A stretch of 64,000 nucleotides of DNA from Deinococcales bacterium (GTDB lineage: Bacteria > Deinococcota > Deinococci > Deinococcales > JAAFIG01). Below the pieces are notes generated by a model that did not search any database, was not told the DNA's origin, and was given only the letters and a program-made list of their open reading frames with translations. Shown one piece after another: positions 28,648-37,287 of this stretch. Each line of letters begins with the position of its first letter. Positions within the stretch are counted from its first letter, which is position 1. Where the stretch lies: assembly GCA_025352125.1 (NCBI GenBank), contig JANXTZ010000081.1:34297-98296 (forward strand). Direction: 5' to 3'. A program made the position numbers and the translations under genes.

Positions 28648-29868
28648 TCAATCCAAAAACAATGACACAACCTCACCAAACGGGAAACCCTCAATCGCCA
28701 AACCTCCAGGCGTGACCACCCATAACACGGGCAGTTTGGGAGGCTCGAGTGGAAAATCACCAAAACCGTCAGTCAAGTACACGATCACACCGTGCTCGAG
28801 TTCCACCAGGTCAGGTTTGATGGCTTCAAAAAATGGTCTGAAATCCGTGCCGCCACCGCCTTGGGGCGCGGGAATGTCGCCGTCCACCTCGAGCGCGAAT
28901 GGTCCGTAGGCGGTTGCGTCGGCGTAGTAGAGGGTGCAGCACACGTGCGGGTACGCCCGAAGGATGCCACGCACCTCTGAAAGTAACGCTGTGATTTGCG
29001 GTTCGTCGATTGAACCGCTGGTGTCCACGCACAAGAACACCTGCAAGCTCATGCCCGACAGACTCTCGAGGTAGTACCCGCGTCCGATCATGCGGCGGTC
29101 AAATTCTTCAAAATCGGTGGGCGTGTGCGACAGGTAACGCCACAAGGTGCTGCGCCAGTCGAGGCGTGAAGGCTCGAGGCTGCCGAACTCGCGGGTTAAC
29201 CCTGCCGGAAGCTTGCCCTGATTTGAACCCCTGGCGACGCTGGCGGCTTGCGCCATCGCCTTGCGCCAGTGCGCCTCGAGCGCCTTGCGTTGTTCCTGGG
29301 AAAGTTGCCCGCCAGGACTGCCCGCTTTGGCATCCCCTTCTTTTGAACCATCCCTGCCCTCACTCGCAGGCTCGAGCAAATCTGGATGCTCGAGTTGATG
29401 CTTTTCCTGGTCTTCGGCTTGCTTGGCTAAAATAGCGTAAGCCTCTTCGGCGCTGTGATGCTCGAGATCGGTGTCGCGGATCGTGTTTTCTGGAAGTTCA
29501 AAACCGTTCTGCCAGAGCACACCATTGACAACAATATCGGCGGCAATGTTCCAGCCTTTGGGGTTGCGGGTGCTGCGCCTTGAAACGTGAAGCAGCGCGG
29601 CGTGCAAAACTTCATGCAACATCACGGCATCAATTTGAATTGGTGACAGGCTCGAGATGAATGCAGGGTTGTAAATCACGTCGCGTCCGTCGGTGGCGGC
29701 GGTGGGCAGGTCAAAACTGGCTTTGAACCCCGCGTACAACGCCAGGGTCGCAAAAAATGGGGATCGCATTCGCAGGCGCAGCAACGAACCGCTGACCAAT
29801 TTTTCAGTTTTCGCAACAAGCTCGAGCTGCATTTGGGGCGTTAAAGCTGGAGATTCTGGACTGCTCAT
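28648..29868 (-). CDS. predicted zinc-metallopeptidase + von Willebrand factor A domain protein (DUF2201/COG3864-like)
   Basis: HExxH motif (MLHEVLHAALLH) in the N-terminal half and the MIDAS motif DTSGS in the C-terminal VWA-like half. The start ATG at 29868 overlaps the upstream stop as ATGA. Confidence 0.8.
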   Translation of the reverse strand: MSSPESPALTPQMQLELVAKTEKLVSGSLLRLRMRSPFFATLALYAGFKASFDLPTAATDGRDVIYNPAFISSLSPIQIDAVMLHEVLHAALLHVSRRSTRNPKGWNIAADIVVNGVLWQNGFELPENTIRDTDLEHHSAEEAYAILAKQAEDQEKHQLEHPDLLEPASEGRDGSKEGDAKAGSPGGQLSQEQRKALEAHWRKAMAQAASVARGSNQGKLPAGLTREFGSLEPSRLDWRSTLWRYLSHTPTDFEEFDRRMIGRGYYLESLSGMSLQVFLCVDTSGSIDEPQITALLSEVRGILRAYPHVCCTLYYADATAYGPFALEVDGDIPAPQGGGGTDFRPFFEAIKPDLVELEHGVIVYLTDGFGDFPLEPPKLPVLWVVTPGGLAIEGFPFGEVVSLFLD

Positions 29869-32633
29869 GGTTGAACCTTGAGTGCGGCGGAACGTACCAG
29901 AATGTTGGCATCTTGACACAAAATTTCCCGAGCTTCACTGGGCAAATTGCTGTTCAGGCACAAGGCGATTCTTTCGGCGGGATGCGCGGCGAACAGATGG
30001 CGGTGTTTGCGAAGCTCCAAGACTGGCACCAGTTCACTCTCGAGCGCCAGAACGCGGTTGAAGACTTGCATGGAGCGCAAACCTTGACGAACACAGGCGC
30101 GGCGCAACTGGTGGCGCGTCTCAAATTCCAGGTTTTGATTTTCCAGCGCCGTCAAACGCACGCTCGAGTCTGGATGCGCAATCAATTGCAACAACACTTC
30201 GTTGCTGGTGCTCGAGTTTCGCGCCAGCGCCCGCAGCACGTCCAGATCGGTGTCCCCAGCCAGTTGTTCAAGCACCGTGCGTTCGAGTTTTGGATTGCTG
30301 GCGGCAGCCTCACGCAGACGCCAGTGTTCGCGCCAACCGAGTTGCTCGAGCAGTTTGGTCGTGACGTTCGGGTGTTTGGCAATCCAGGCATGAGCCGTGG
30401 ATACGGTGGCAAGTTCCTCGAGTTCTGCGGCGTTTAAAGTCGGGTCGAGGCTTTGAAGGCGCTCAAATTTCTTTGCCACCTGATGCGGCAAGTTTGGATG
30501 CTCGAGGGCAAGTTCGCGGATTTCAGCTTCGGAGTCACAGCACAACAATTGCAGTGCCTCGAGCGGTGGGTTCTGACGCCTCGCAACAGCAAGACGAACG
30601 CTGCCAGTCTCGTCGCAAGCCAATTTGCACAGCATGGTGCGGCTCGAGTTTGGATTGCTCGCCGCCGAGGTCCGCACGTCCGAATCACCGTCCAAGCACA
30701 ACCGCGCCAACGCCATTCCAGAGGTGAAAGGATGCGCTGCAACCTCTTGACGAATCCGCCACTCGGCGTCCCTTGCGAGTTGTGAAAGAATCAAGTTTGG
30801 AATCTCGAGCACAGGTTTTTCTTGCCAGAACCGCACCGTGATTTCGTGCATCTCACCAGACTCGAGTTCAACCTTTTGACGCGTTTTTGAACTTGTCACC
30901 AACCGTTCAACCTTAAGTTTGGCGTGTGTGTTGGCTGATTCTTCAAACCAACCACGGTAAAACCCGAGCAGATTTTGAGCACTGAGTGAATCGGTTTGGC
31001 TTGGTTCGGCGAGATGCAATGCCGCTCGAGCTGCCATGCGCACGTCATTGTCGCTGTCCTCGAGGAAGGATTTTAAGATCGTGAGCTTGGTGTGTTGGTG
31101 CTGCGCCACGGCTTGGCGCACCGCCCAGTGATCGTCTTGGGCGAGCAACTCGAGCGAGGCGGTAGAGATTCGAGGATTCTGAGCCGCACTTTTACGAATC
31201 TCGAATTGTTCGTCTCCACAGAACTTCTCGAGCAAATCTGCCGCAAGGTTCGGGTGCTGTGCAACTGCCTGGCGCACGTCCGAATCCGAATCGAGCGCCA
31301 GCATCTCGAGTTGCGCCGCATTTAAATTTGGATTGTGCGCCGCCGCCACGCGGTCGTGCCAGTTCTCACCCGTCAGATACGGCTCCAAAACCTCATTTGT
31401 CAAGTTTGGATGCTTTAACGCGAGTTGCCGCGACCAGCCGCCGCGTTTGCAAAATTTTTGCAGCACCTCGAGCGGCACGGCTTGATCGCCATGCTCAACT
31501 TTCTCGAGCAAAGCATTCCAGGTTGCATCAGAATTTGGATTGGACTTCACCGCGAGCCGCACCTCTTCGATCTCGTCACCGAGTAAAAATTCCAGGGTCA
31601 ACGTTGAAGTGCTCCAATGCTGCGCAACCACCATGCGCACATCTTTGTCCTCGTCGGCTGCGAGTTGCTCGAGCAACCTGGCATCAAGGGTTGAATTAAA
31701 TGCCAGCGCCTGCCGCACCCGCCAATCTGAATGCGTGGTCAGTGATGCAAGTCTTGCCAGATCAACACTTGGATTGCGAGCCAAGCAAGTCAAAGCTTGC
31801 ACGCCAGCCGTCTCGAGCAATTCCAAATCCAAACTGTTCAAAATTTGAATATTTTCAACCCGCAACAATCTCTCAAGTGTCACTGTATCAATGTTCGGGT
31901 TGCCTCGAGCCGCAGCACGAACTTCATCGTCATCATCAAAGCACAAATGAAATATCAAACCCTGATCCAAACTGCTTTTGGCGAGCATCAAACGAAGTTG
32001 CGTGTCATCATCCAAACTCAAACCCTCGAGCAACCAATCTGGTACCAAACCGAGCGCCACCGCGTCCTTTAAGTGCTCCGCATCATGCTCGAGCGACGGC
32101 AGCAAGTCACGCAAGGTCTGGATTGCACTGCCAAACGCCAGCTTGTTCGGATGGTTGACATGCCCACGCGCCAGAAATGCCAGCATTGAGAATTCTGTAC
32201 TGCCAGGATGGCTTGAATCGGGAATTTCAAACTCGAGCTTCAAGCGTTGCTCCAAAGCCTCGAGCATTTCTGAGGTCAATTGCGGATTTTGCAGCGCCCT
32301 CACCTTCGCATCGTGATCGCCCCAAGTGAACACCCAATCCAACCAAGCGAGCGGCACTTGAGCAGACCTCACAAAACTCAACCTGGCAAACGCAGGTAAT
32401 TCCGCCAAAAAATTCGGATTCTCGAGAATCAAAAAATCGAGCACCGAATTCCCCAGCACCGCATCCGCATCACGCACCGCAAGCCGCCACAAGACCGTTG
32501 AGGGCGTGTTCGGATTGCCCGCCACGGCATGTTTAAGCGCCTGCGAACCACTCGAAGCCAGACGTTCCAAACGAATTGGCGTCGTTGTCGGGTCGGATGC
32601 CTCGAGCAAAAATTGTGTGGATTGATCGGTCAT
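29865..32633 (-). CDS. 922-aa leucine-rich-repeat-variant (LRV)/HEAT-like solenoid protein
   Basis: More than 20 repeats of about 26 aa of the form D-x-D-x-x-VR-x-AVA-x-NPN-x-x-x-x-x-L-x-x-LA, e.g. DSDSDVRQAVAQHPNLAADLLEKFCG / DEQFEIRKSAAQNPRISTASLELLAQ / DDHWAVRQAVAQHQHTKLTILKSFLE. Confidence 0.8.
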   Translation of the reverse strand: MTDQSTQFLLEASDPTTTPIRLERLASSGSQALKHAVAGNPNTPSTVLWRLAVRDADAVLGNSVLDFLILENPNFLAELPAFARLSFVRSAQVPLAWLDWVFTWGDHDAKVRALQNPQLTSEMLEALEQRLKLEFEIPDSSHPGSTEFSMLAFLARGHVNHPNKLAFGSAIQTLRDLLPSLEHDAEHLKDAVALGLVPDWLLEGLSLDDDTQLRLMLAKSSLDQGLIFHLCFDDDDEVRAAARGNPNIDTVTLERLLRVENIQILNSLDLELLETAGVQALTCLARNPSVDLARLASLTTHSDWRVRQALAFNSTLDARLLEQLAADEDKDVRMVVAQHWSTSTLTLEFLLGDEIEEVRLAVKSNPNSDATWNALLEKVEHGDQAVPLEVLQKFCKRGGWSRQLALKHPNLTNEVLEPYLTGENWHDRVAAAHNPNLNAAQLEMLALDSDSDVRQAVAQHPNLAADLLEKFCGDEQFEIRKSAAQNPRISTASLELLAQDDHWAVRQAVAQHQHTKLTILKSFLEDSDNDVRMAARAALHLAEPSQTDSLSAQNLLGFYRGWFEESANTHAKLKVERLVTSSKTRQKVELESGEMHEITVRFWQEKPVLEIPNLILSQLARDAEWRIRQEVAAHPFTSGMALARLCLDGDSDVRTSAASNPNSSRTMLCKLACDETGSVRLAVARRQNPPLEALQLLCCDSEAEIRELALEHPNLPHQVAKKFERLQSLDPTLNAAELEELATVSTAHAWIAKHPNVTTKLLEQLGWREHWRLREAAASNPKLERTVLEQLAGDTDLDVLRALARNSSTSNEVLLQLIAHPDSSVRLTALENQNLEFETRHQLRRACVRQGLRSMQVFNRVLALESELVPVLELRKHRHLFAAHPAERIALCLNSNLPSEAREILCQDANILVRSAALKVQP

Positions 32634-32704
32634 GAAAACCCTTCAAAACTCGAGATACAGTGTTACGGATTGATGAAAGTTTAAACCCAAAAGACGATTT
32701 GTGA

Positions 32705-32785
32705 TACACGAAAAAGAGCGATTACTTCACCCTCGTCCCCGACCCTTCTCCCGCAGGCGGGAGAAGGGAGCTTTGCTCTTTTACA
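32705..32785. repeat. REP-like palindromic element (same family as 11540-11760)
   Basis: Hairpin cccttctccc-n6-gggagaaggg (32743-32768), preceded by the shared motif tccccgacccttct and bracketed by aaaagagc / gctctttt. Confidence 0.6.
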
Positions 32786-32829
32786 CGTGTGGCTCGAAAC
32801 TTGGTTTTTGCGAATTGCCAACCGCTTTG

Positions 32830-33858
32830 CTAAATTCCCACCAACGCCCGAAATTCTTTTAAAAACCCTTGAATGCTCGAGTCGGTTAACGCCAAGGTCG
32901 TGAATGCCCCCAGTTGACCTCGGGTGCGAAGTTTGGGAAAGCAATCGACGGCAAACAAATTCAACCATTCGTGACCCGCCACGCTCGAGAGCCAGCGCAT
33001 GGCGTGAAAGGCGTGTTCGCCAGTTTCGACCCTCGAGATCAAACCGATGACGGTGGCGTACCTGGCGCTGGGTTCGCTTGGGAATTCGGCGGCTTGGTAA
33101 TTGCCCTCTAAAATCTGCTCCAGGGCTGGCAGTGCCGCGTAGACCTCACAAAAGGCATCAAATTCGGCTTGCGCCCCAGCGCCGACCACGGGCGCAATCT
33201 CGAGTCCGGCTTTTAAGAGTTTGGACGCCATTTCCCAACTGCGTGGGCTTGCCCAGGCTGGGTGCTTGGAATCCATCGCGTGCAAGAGGTTTGGGCGGAA
33301 CGACAAGAACGCCAGGATTTGCTCGTGTAAATTTCGCTCGAGTCCGTAACGTTTGAAACTTTCCAAATCACTTTCCACCTCGAGATGCAAGAACCTGTTG
33401 GCGAGCGGCGCGGGCATGTCAAAAACGCTGGCGCGGTCCTCTTTGCGGTTGCCTGCCGCCCAGACAAACCAGCCATCCGGCAGGACATACGAGCCAACCT
33501 TACGATCCAAGATCAATTGTTGCGCCATGCCCTGCATGGTCGGCGGAGCCATGTTCAACTCGTCCAAAAACAGCACGCCCTGCCCAGATTGCGGCAGAAA
33601 CTCGGGCGGAAACCACCTCGAGACACCATTTTCTGGCACGGGCAGCCCGCGCAAATCTGTCGGCGCAAGCTGCGAGAGGCGCACGTCAACAAACTCGAGG
33701 TTTCTGGCGTTCGCCACCTGGGCAACCACGCTGGACTTGCCAACGCCAGGTGCGCCCCACAACATCACCGAAATTTTGATGTCGTGAGAGACGAGTGAAG
33801 ACAGGTAATCAAACAAGGCATTTGGGGTCACGCGGTCACTGTAGAACAACCATTGCAA
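32830..33858 (-). CDS. AAA+ ATPase, MoxR/AAA_5 type
   Basis: Walker A GAPGVGKSS and Walker B VLFLDELN. Single AAA+ module of about 340 aa, of the kind usually partnered with VWA proteins. Confidence 0.85.
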   Translation of the reverse strand: MQWLFYSDRVTPNALFDYLSSLVSHDIKISVMLWGAPGVGKSSVVAQVANARNLEFVDVRLSQLAPTDLRGLPVPENGVSRWFPPEFLPQSGQGVLFLDELNMAPPTMQGMAQQLILDRKVGSYVLPDGWFVWAAGNRKEDRASVFDMPAPLANRFLHLEVESDLESFKRYGLERNLHEQILAFLSFRPNLLHAMDSKHPAWASPRSWEMASKLLKAGLEIAPVVGAGAQAEFDAFCEVYAALPALEQILEGNYQAAEFPSEPSARYATVIGLISRVETGEHAFHAMRWLSSVAGHEWLNLFAVDCFPKLRTRGQLGAFTTLALTDSSIQGFLKEFRALVGI

Positions 33859-33906
33859 AGCTTTGTTACGCGCATGACATTGGGGGGAGTCAAGTTAAAG
33901 GAAAGC

Positions 33907-34164
33907 TTAAGACGTGGTCTGATTTAAGTCCAAAAATTCCATTGCCGCCCCAACCTTGATTTCTGGCACAAACAAGTCAACATCGCCCTGGTACATGCCG
34001 GTTTCAATCTCGAGCACGTTGCTGCCCTCCACCCACCCATAAGGGGTGCGCAGGACGCTCTCAATGCCTTCACCCTCGAGGTCGCGCCGCCAGGATTCGG
34101 CAATCATGCGGGGCAAGGATTTGATGCACACCCAAGTATCGCCGGCGTATCTGGCAGAGGTCAT
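33907..34164 (-). CDS. small hypothetical protein (possibly DUF2007-like)
   Basis: 85-aa ORF immediately upstream of the AAA+ gene and co-oriented with it. The domain call is weak. Confidence 0.45.
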   Translation of the reverse strand: MTSARYAGDTWVCIKSLPRMIAESWRRDLEGEGIESVLRTPYGWVEGSNVLEIETGMYQGDVDLFVPEIKVGAAMEFLDLNQTTS

Positions 34165-34251
34165 GCAGGTATCATACGCTCGAGGGGTTTAAGTTCATTA
34201 CAGGTGCTCGAGTCTGGGCGTGGTTACCCACCTACGACGTAAACTACAGGC

Positions 34252-34698
34252 ATGAACCAAGTCTTTTCACTCTCGAGCCTGCTGGTCATGCCGTTCTGGT
34301 TTTTGATGATTTTCTTGCCGCGCTGGAAATACACCAAAACCATCATTGCCTCGCCTTACATCATCGTGCCCGCCGCGCTGTTGTATGCCTTGTTAATCAT
34401 TCCCAACATTGGCAGCACCTTCATGTTGCTGCTCAACCCAAACCTGGATGGTATCTCAAAACTGCTCGGCTCGAGTTCGGGGGCGACCATCGCTTGGGTT
34501 CATTTTCTGGCGTTCGATTTGTTCGTGGGGCGTTATGCCTACCTCGAGTCGCAAAAACGCAACCTCAACCCAATCTTGATGGGCTTGGTGCTGTTTTCAA
34601 TTTTGATGTACGGACCGCTTGGCGCACTGATTTTTGTGACACTCAGGGCATTGTCAAAACCAGAACTGAACAAGCATCAAAGCCAGCTCGAATTTTAA
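34252..34698 (+). CDS. DUF4281 (ABA4-like) membrane protein
   Basis: Four TM segments. The N-terminus LLVMPFWFLMIFLPRW and the segment WVHFLAFDLFVGRY are typical of DUF4281. Confidence 0.7.
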   Translation: MNQVFSLSSLLVMPFWFLMIFLPRWKYTKTIIASPYIIVPAALLYALLIIPNIGSTFMLLLNPNLDGISKLLGSSSGATIAWVHFLAFDLFVGRYAYLESQKRNLNPILMGLVLFSILMYGPLGALIFVTLRALSKPELNKHQSQLEF

Positions 34699-35762
34699 TT
34701 TTTCACCTTCACCGCTGAAGGCTGGGTTTTGGGAACGTCGGTGCTCGAGCGCACGATCAATTTTGGAACAATGACCTGCATTCTGGGGGCAAGTTCGGGT
34801 TTTTCGATCAAGGCAATCAATTGCTCCAGGCAGCGTTGTCCCAGGCTGGCAAAATCTTGCTCGATGGTGGTCAGCGGTGGCTCGAAAAAAGCGGTTTCGG
34901 GCATGTTGTCAAAGCCGACAACCGAGACATCTTCTGGAATGCGCAGACCGTGTTCATGCAGGGCGCGAAGTGCGCCAAGCGCCATCTGATCGTTGCCCAC
35001 CAATAACCCGGTGAACTTGTGATGCTCGAGCAGTTGCTTGGTGACTTGATAACCGCTGCCTGCACTCCAATTGCCTGCAACATCTTGAACTGGCTCGAGT
35101 TTGGCGTTGTGCAGGGCGGTGCGCCAACCTTTGTTGCGCAACTTGGCGTCGTACCAGGTTTGGGGTCCGCTCAAGAGTGCAATTTTGCGGTGTCCCAAGG
35201 CAATCAGATGCTCGGCGCTCAGCCGTCCGCCAGCGAATTGATCGATGGCGCTAAAAGGATGTTTGGCGCTGGTTTCGGCGTCGATCAGCACAAAAGGTAA
35301 ATTCTTGTACAGGTTGTCCAGACTGGCGGTTTCGACCTCGAGTAAGGGTGCGACAATCAGCAAGCCCCCGACGTTTTGACGGCGCAAGGTTTTGATGGCA
35401 TCGGTCAGCTCCGAAATCGATAAGGCTGCGAGGTTGGCATACGATAAACCGTAACCGCGTCCTCGGGCGGCTTGTTCAATGCTGGCGACCATTTGTGATG
35501 GTCCGTAAAAAGCTGTTCCAAAACTGATGATGCCCAAGGTGGTGGAGCGTTGCGAGACCAGGCTTCGGGCTGCGCCGTTGGGGTGGTAATTGAAGACCCG
35601 AATGGCATTCTCAACCCGAACTCGAGTGGCGGCTTTCACCGCAGGATGTTCGTTAATGACCCTGGAAACAGTTTGATACGACACGCCCGCATGGCTTGCC
35701 ACGTCTTTGATGGTGGCGGGTTTGCCAAGGGTTTTTGGATTTGGTTTCAAAACACGACTCAA
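34695..35762 (-). CDS. LacI-family transcriptional regulator
   Basis: HTH motif ATIKDVASHAGVSYQTVSRVIN plus a periplasmic-binding-protein-like sugar-binding core. The start is uncertain: I prefer the TTG at 35762 after GGAG; the ORF extends to 35822. Confidence 0.85.
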   Translation of the reverse strand: MSRVLKPNPKTLGKPATIKDVASHAGVSYQTVSRVINEHPAVKAATRVRVENAIRVFNYHPNGAARSLVSQRSTTLGIISFGTAFYGPSQMVASIEQAARGRGYGLSYANLAALSISELTDAIKTLRRQNVGGLLIVAPLLEVETASLDNLYKNLPFVLIDAETSAKHPFSAIDQFAGGRLSAEHLIALGHRKIALLSGPQTWYDAKLRNKGWRTALHNAKLEPVQDVAGNWSAGSGYQVTKQLLEHHKFTGLLVGNDQMALGALRALHEHGLRIPEDVSVVGFDNMPETAFFEPPLTTIEQDFASLGQRCLEQLIALIEKPELAPRMQVIVPKLIVRSSTDVPKTQPSAVKVKN

Positions 35763-35809
35763 AGTAACTCCGTCACAGATCAATGTCTGGTTTTGCCAAC
35801 AGCATTGCA

Positions 35810-35823
35810 TGTGAACGATCAAT
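35810..35823. promoter_or_regulatory. candidate LacI operator O2 (autoregulatory position)
   Basis: tgtgaacgatcaat matches 12 of 14 positions of the reverse complement of the site at 35980-35993. Confidence 0.45.
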
Positions 35824-35979
35824 AAATCAAATTAGCCGTCATGCACAGAGCCATTTCCTCAATTTTAAATCTTGAAACTTTTTGAGGGTTTCAAAGACAT
35901 CTGGAGTCTGATAAAACCAGTGCCATTTTTGTCGTTTGGGGCGCAAGATTTTTTGACTATTGACAGGAGAATAAATTCG

Positions 35980-35993
35980 GTGTTAGCGTTGTG
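35980..35993. promoter_or_regulatory. candidate LacI operator O1 upstream of the ytfQ-like operon
   Basis: tgtgatcgttcaca is a 14-bp near-palindrome with a central CG. The -35-like ttgact/ttgaca lie at 35944-35956. Confidence 0.5.
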
Positions 35994-36198
35994 ATCGTTC
36001 ACAAAACAGCGCAATATCGAACTGCCTTCGAGATGGATTTCTTGGCTTGTGCTGTTCCCAACCTGAACGAATGTCAGACATTACGGAGGTCAGCCTGACT
36101 GGGATTTTGGAAAGCTCGAGCCAGATTTTTTAAACTCGAGTCTGAAACATGGTGATGACTGATTTCATTTTCGTGATGTTATTTTACAAGGAGAAATT

Positions 36199-37161
36199 AT
36201 GAAACGTTTTATTCCGATAGCGCTGGCTGCCCTTGCCTTCTCTGCCCTCGCCGCAGACGCTGGTTTGCCCAAATTGGCGAAAAAAGCCACGTATAAAATT
36301 GGGTTTGCCCAAACCGAAACCAACAACCCCTGGCGTTTGGCGTTGACCGCCAGTATGCAGGGTGAAGCCAAAAAACGCGGTTGGAAACTTGTTTACACCA
36401 ACGGCAACGGCTCTGCCGCCAAGCAAGTCTCGGATGTCGATTCTTTGATCGCCCAAAAAGTTGATGCCATTTTCCTCTCGCCGCGCGAAGAAAAACCGCT
36501 CGCTCCAGCGGTTTTAAAAGCCAAAAAAGCCGGTATTCCAGTGTTTGTGATTGACCGCAACGTTGATCAGAGCATCGCCAAAGCCGGTCGTGATTATGTG
36601 ACTTTTATTGGTTCTGACTTTATCCTCGAGGGTCAACGCGCCGCCGACTGGCTCATAAAAGCCACCAAAGGCACCGCCAAAATCATCGAACTCGAGGGTA
36701 GCCTCGGCTCGAGTCCAGCCAATGATCGCAAAACAGGTTTTGATGAGCGCATCAAAGGCACGCCAGGTCTGGAGATTGTTGCCTCGCAAACGGGTAATTT
36801 TACCCGCGATGAGGGTCGTCAGGTGATGGAAGCCCTTCTTCAAGCCCACCCCGATGTCACGGCTGTTTACGCCCACAACGACGAGATGGCGCTCGGAGCA
36901 ATCACCGCTTTGGAGGCGGCTGGCAAGGTTCCTGGCAAGGATGTGATTATCGTCTCGATTGACGGCGAAAAAGATGCCCTGCAAGCCATTATCGATGGCA
37001 AACTGGGCGCAACCGTCGAATGCAATCCGCGCTTTGGTCCCAAAGCCATGACCGCGATGGTCGATTACGCCAACGGCAAGAAAATTGCGATCAAGCTGAC
37101 CAATGATGACCGTTTCTTTGACATCAGCAACGCCAAAGCATCGCTCGCCAGTTCGTACTAA
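36199..37161 (+). CDS. sugar ABC transporter substrate-binding protein (YtfQ/RbsB-like)
   Basis: Signal peptide MKRFIPIALAALAFSALAA, AAGGAG ribosome-binding site, family-2 periplasmic binding-protein sequence. Confidence 0.85.
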   Translation: MKRFIPIALAALAFSALAADAGLPKLAKKATYKIGFAQTETNNPWRLALTASMQGEAKKRGWKLVYTNGNGSAAKQVSDVDSLIAQKVDAIFLSPREEKPLAPAVLKAKKAGIPVFVIDRNVDQSIAKAGRDYVTFIGSDFILEGQRAADWLIKATKGTAKIIELEGSLGSSPANDRKTGFDERIKGTPGLEIVASQTGNFTRDEGRQVMEALLQAHPDVTAVYAHNDEMALGAITALEAAGKVPGKDVIIVSIDGEKDALQAIIDGKLGATVECNPRFGPKAMTAMVDYANGKKIAIKLTNDDRFFDISNAKASLASSY

Positions 37162-37287
37162 ATTTTTAAAAGTGAGCGTTGAGGTTGTCCTCAACGCTCA
37201 CTTTTTATCGAATCTCAACTCAGGCAATCAAAAATATTTTGCGGTAGTCTATAAATCTCGAGAATGTATTTTTAAAAGGATTTCACG

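Noticed and set aside
34695-34698. Convergent genes overlapping by 4 nt through a shared TTAA containing both stop codons
   Set aside because: The overlap is real but is a trivial consequence of the palindromic TTAA. No functional claim is warranted.
36514-37194. 226-aa ORF on the minus strand
   Set aside because: It is antisense to the ytfQ-like binding-protein gene, which has a signal peptide and a ribosome-binding site.
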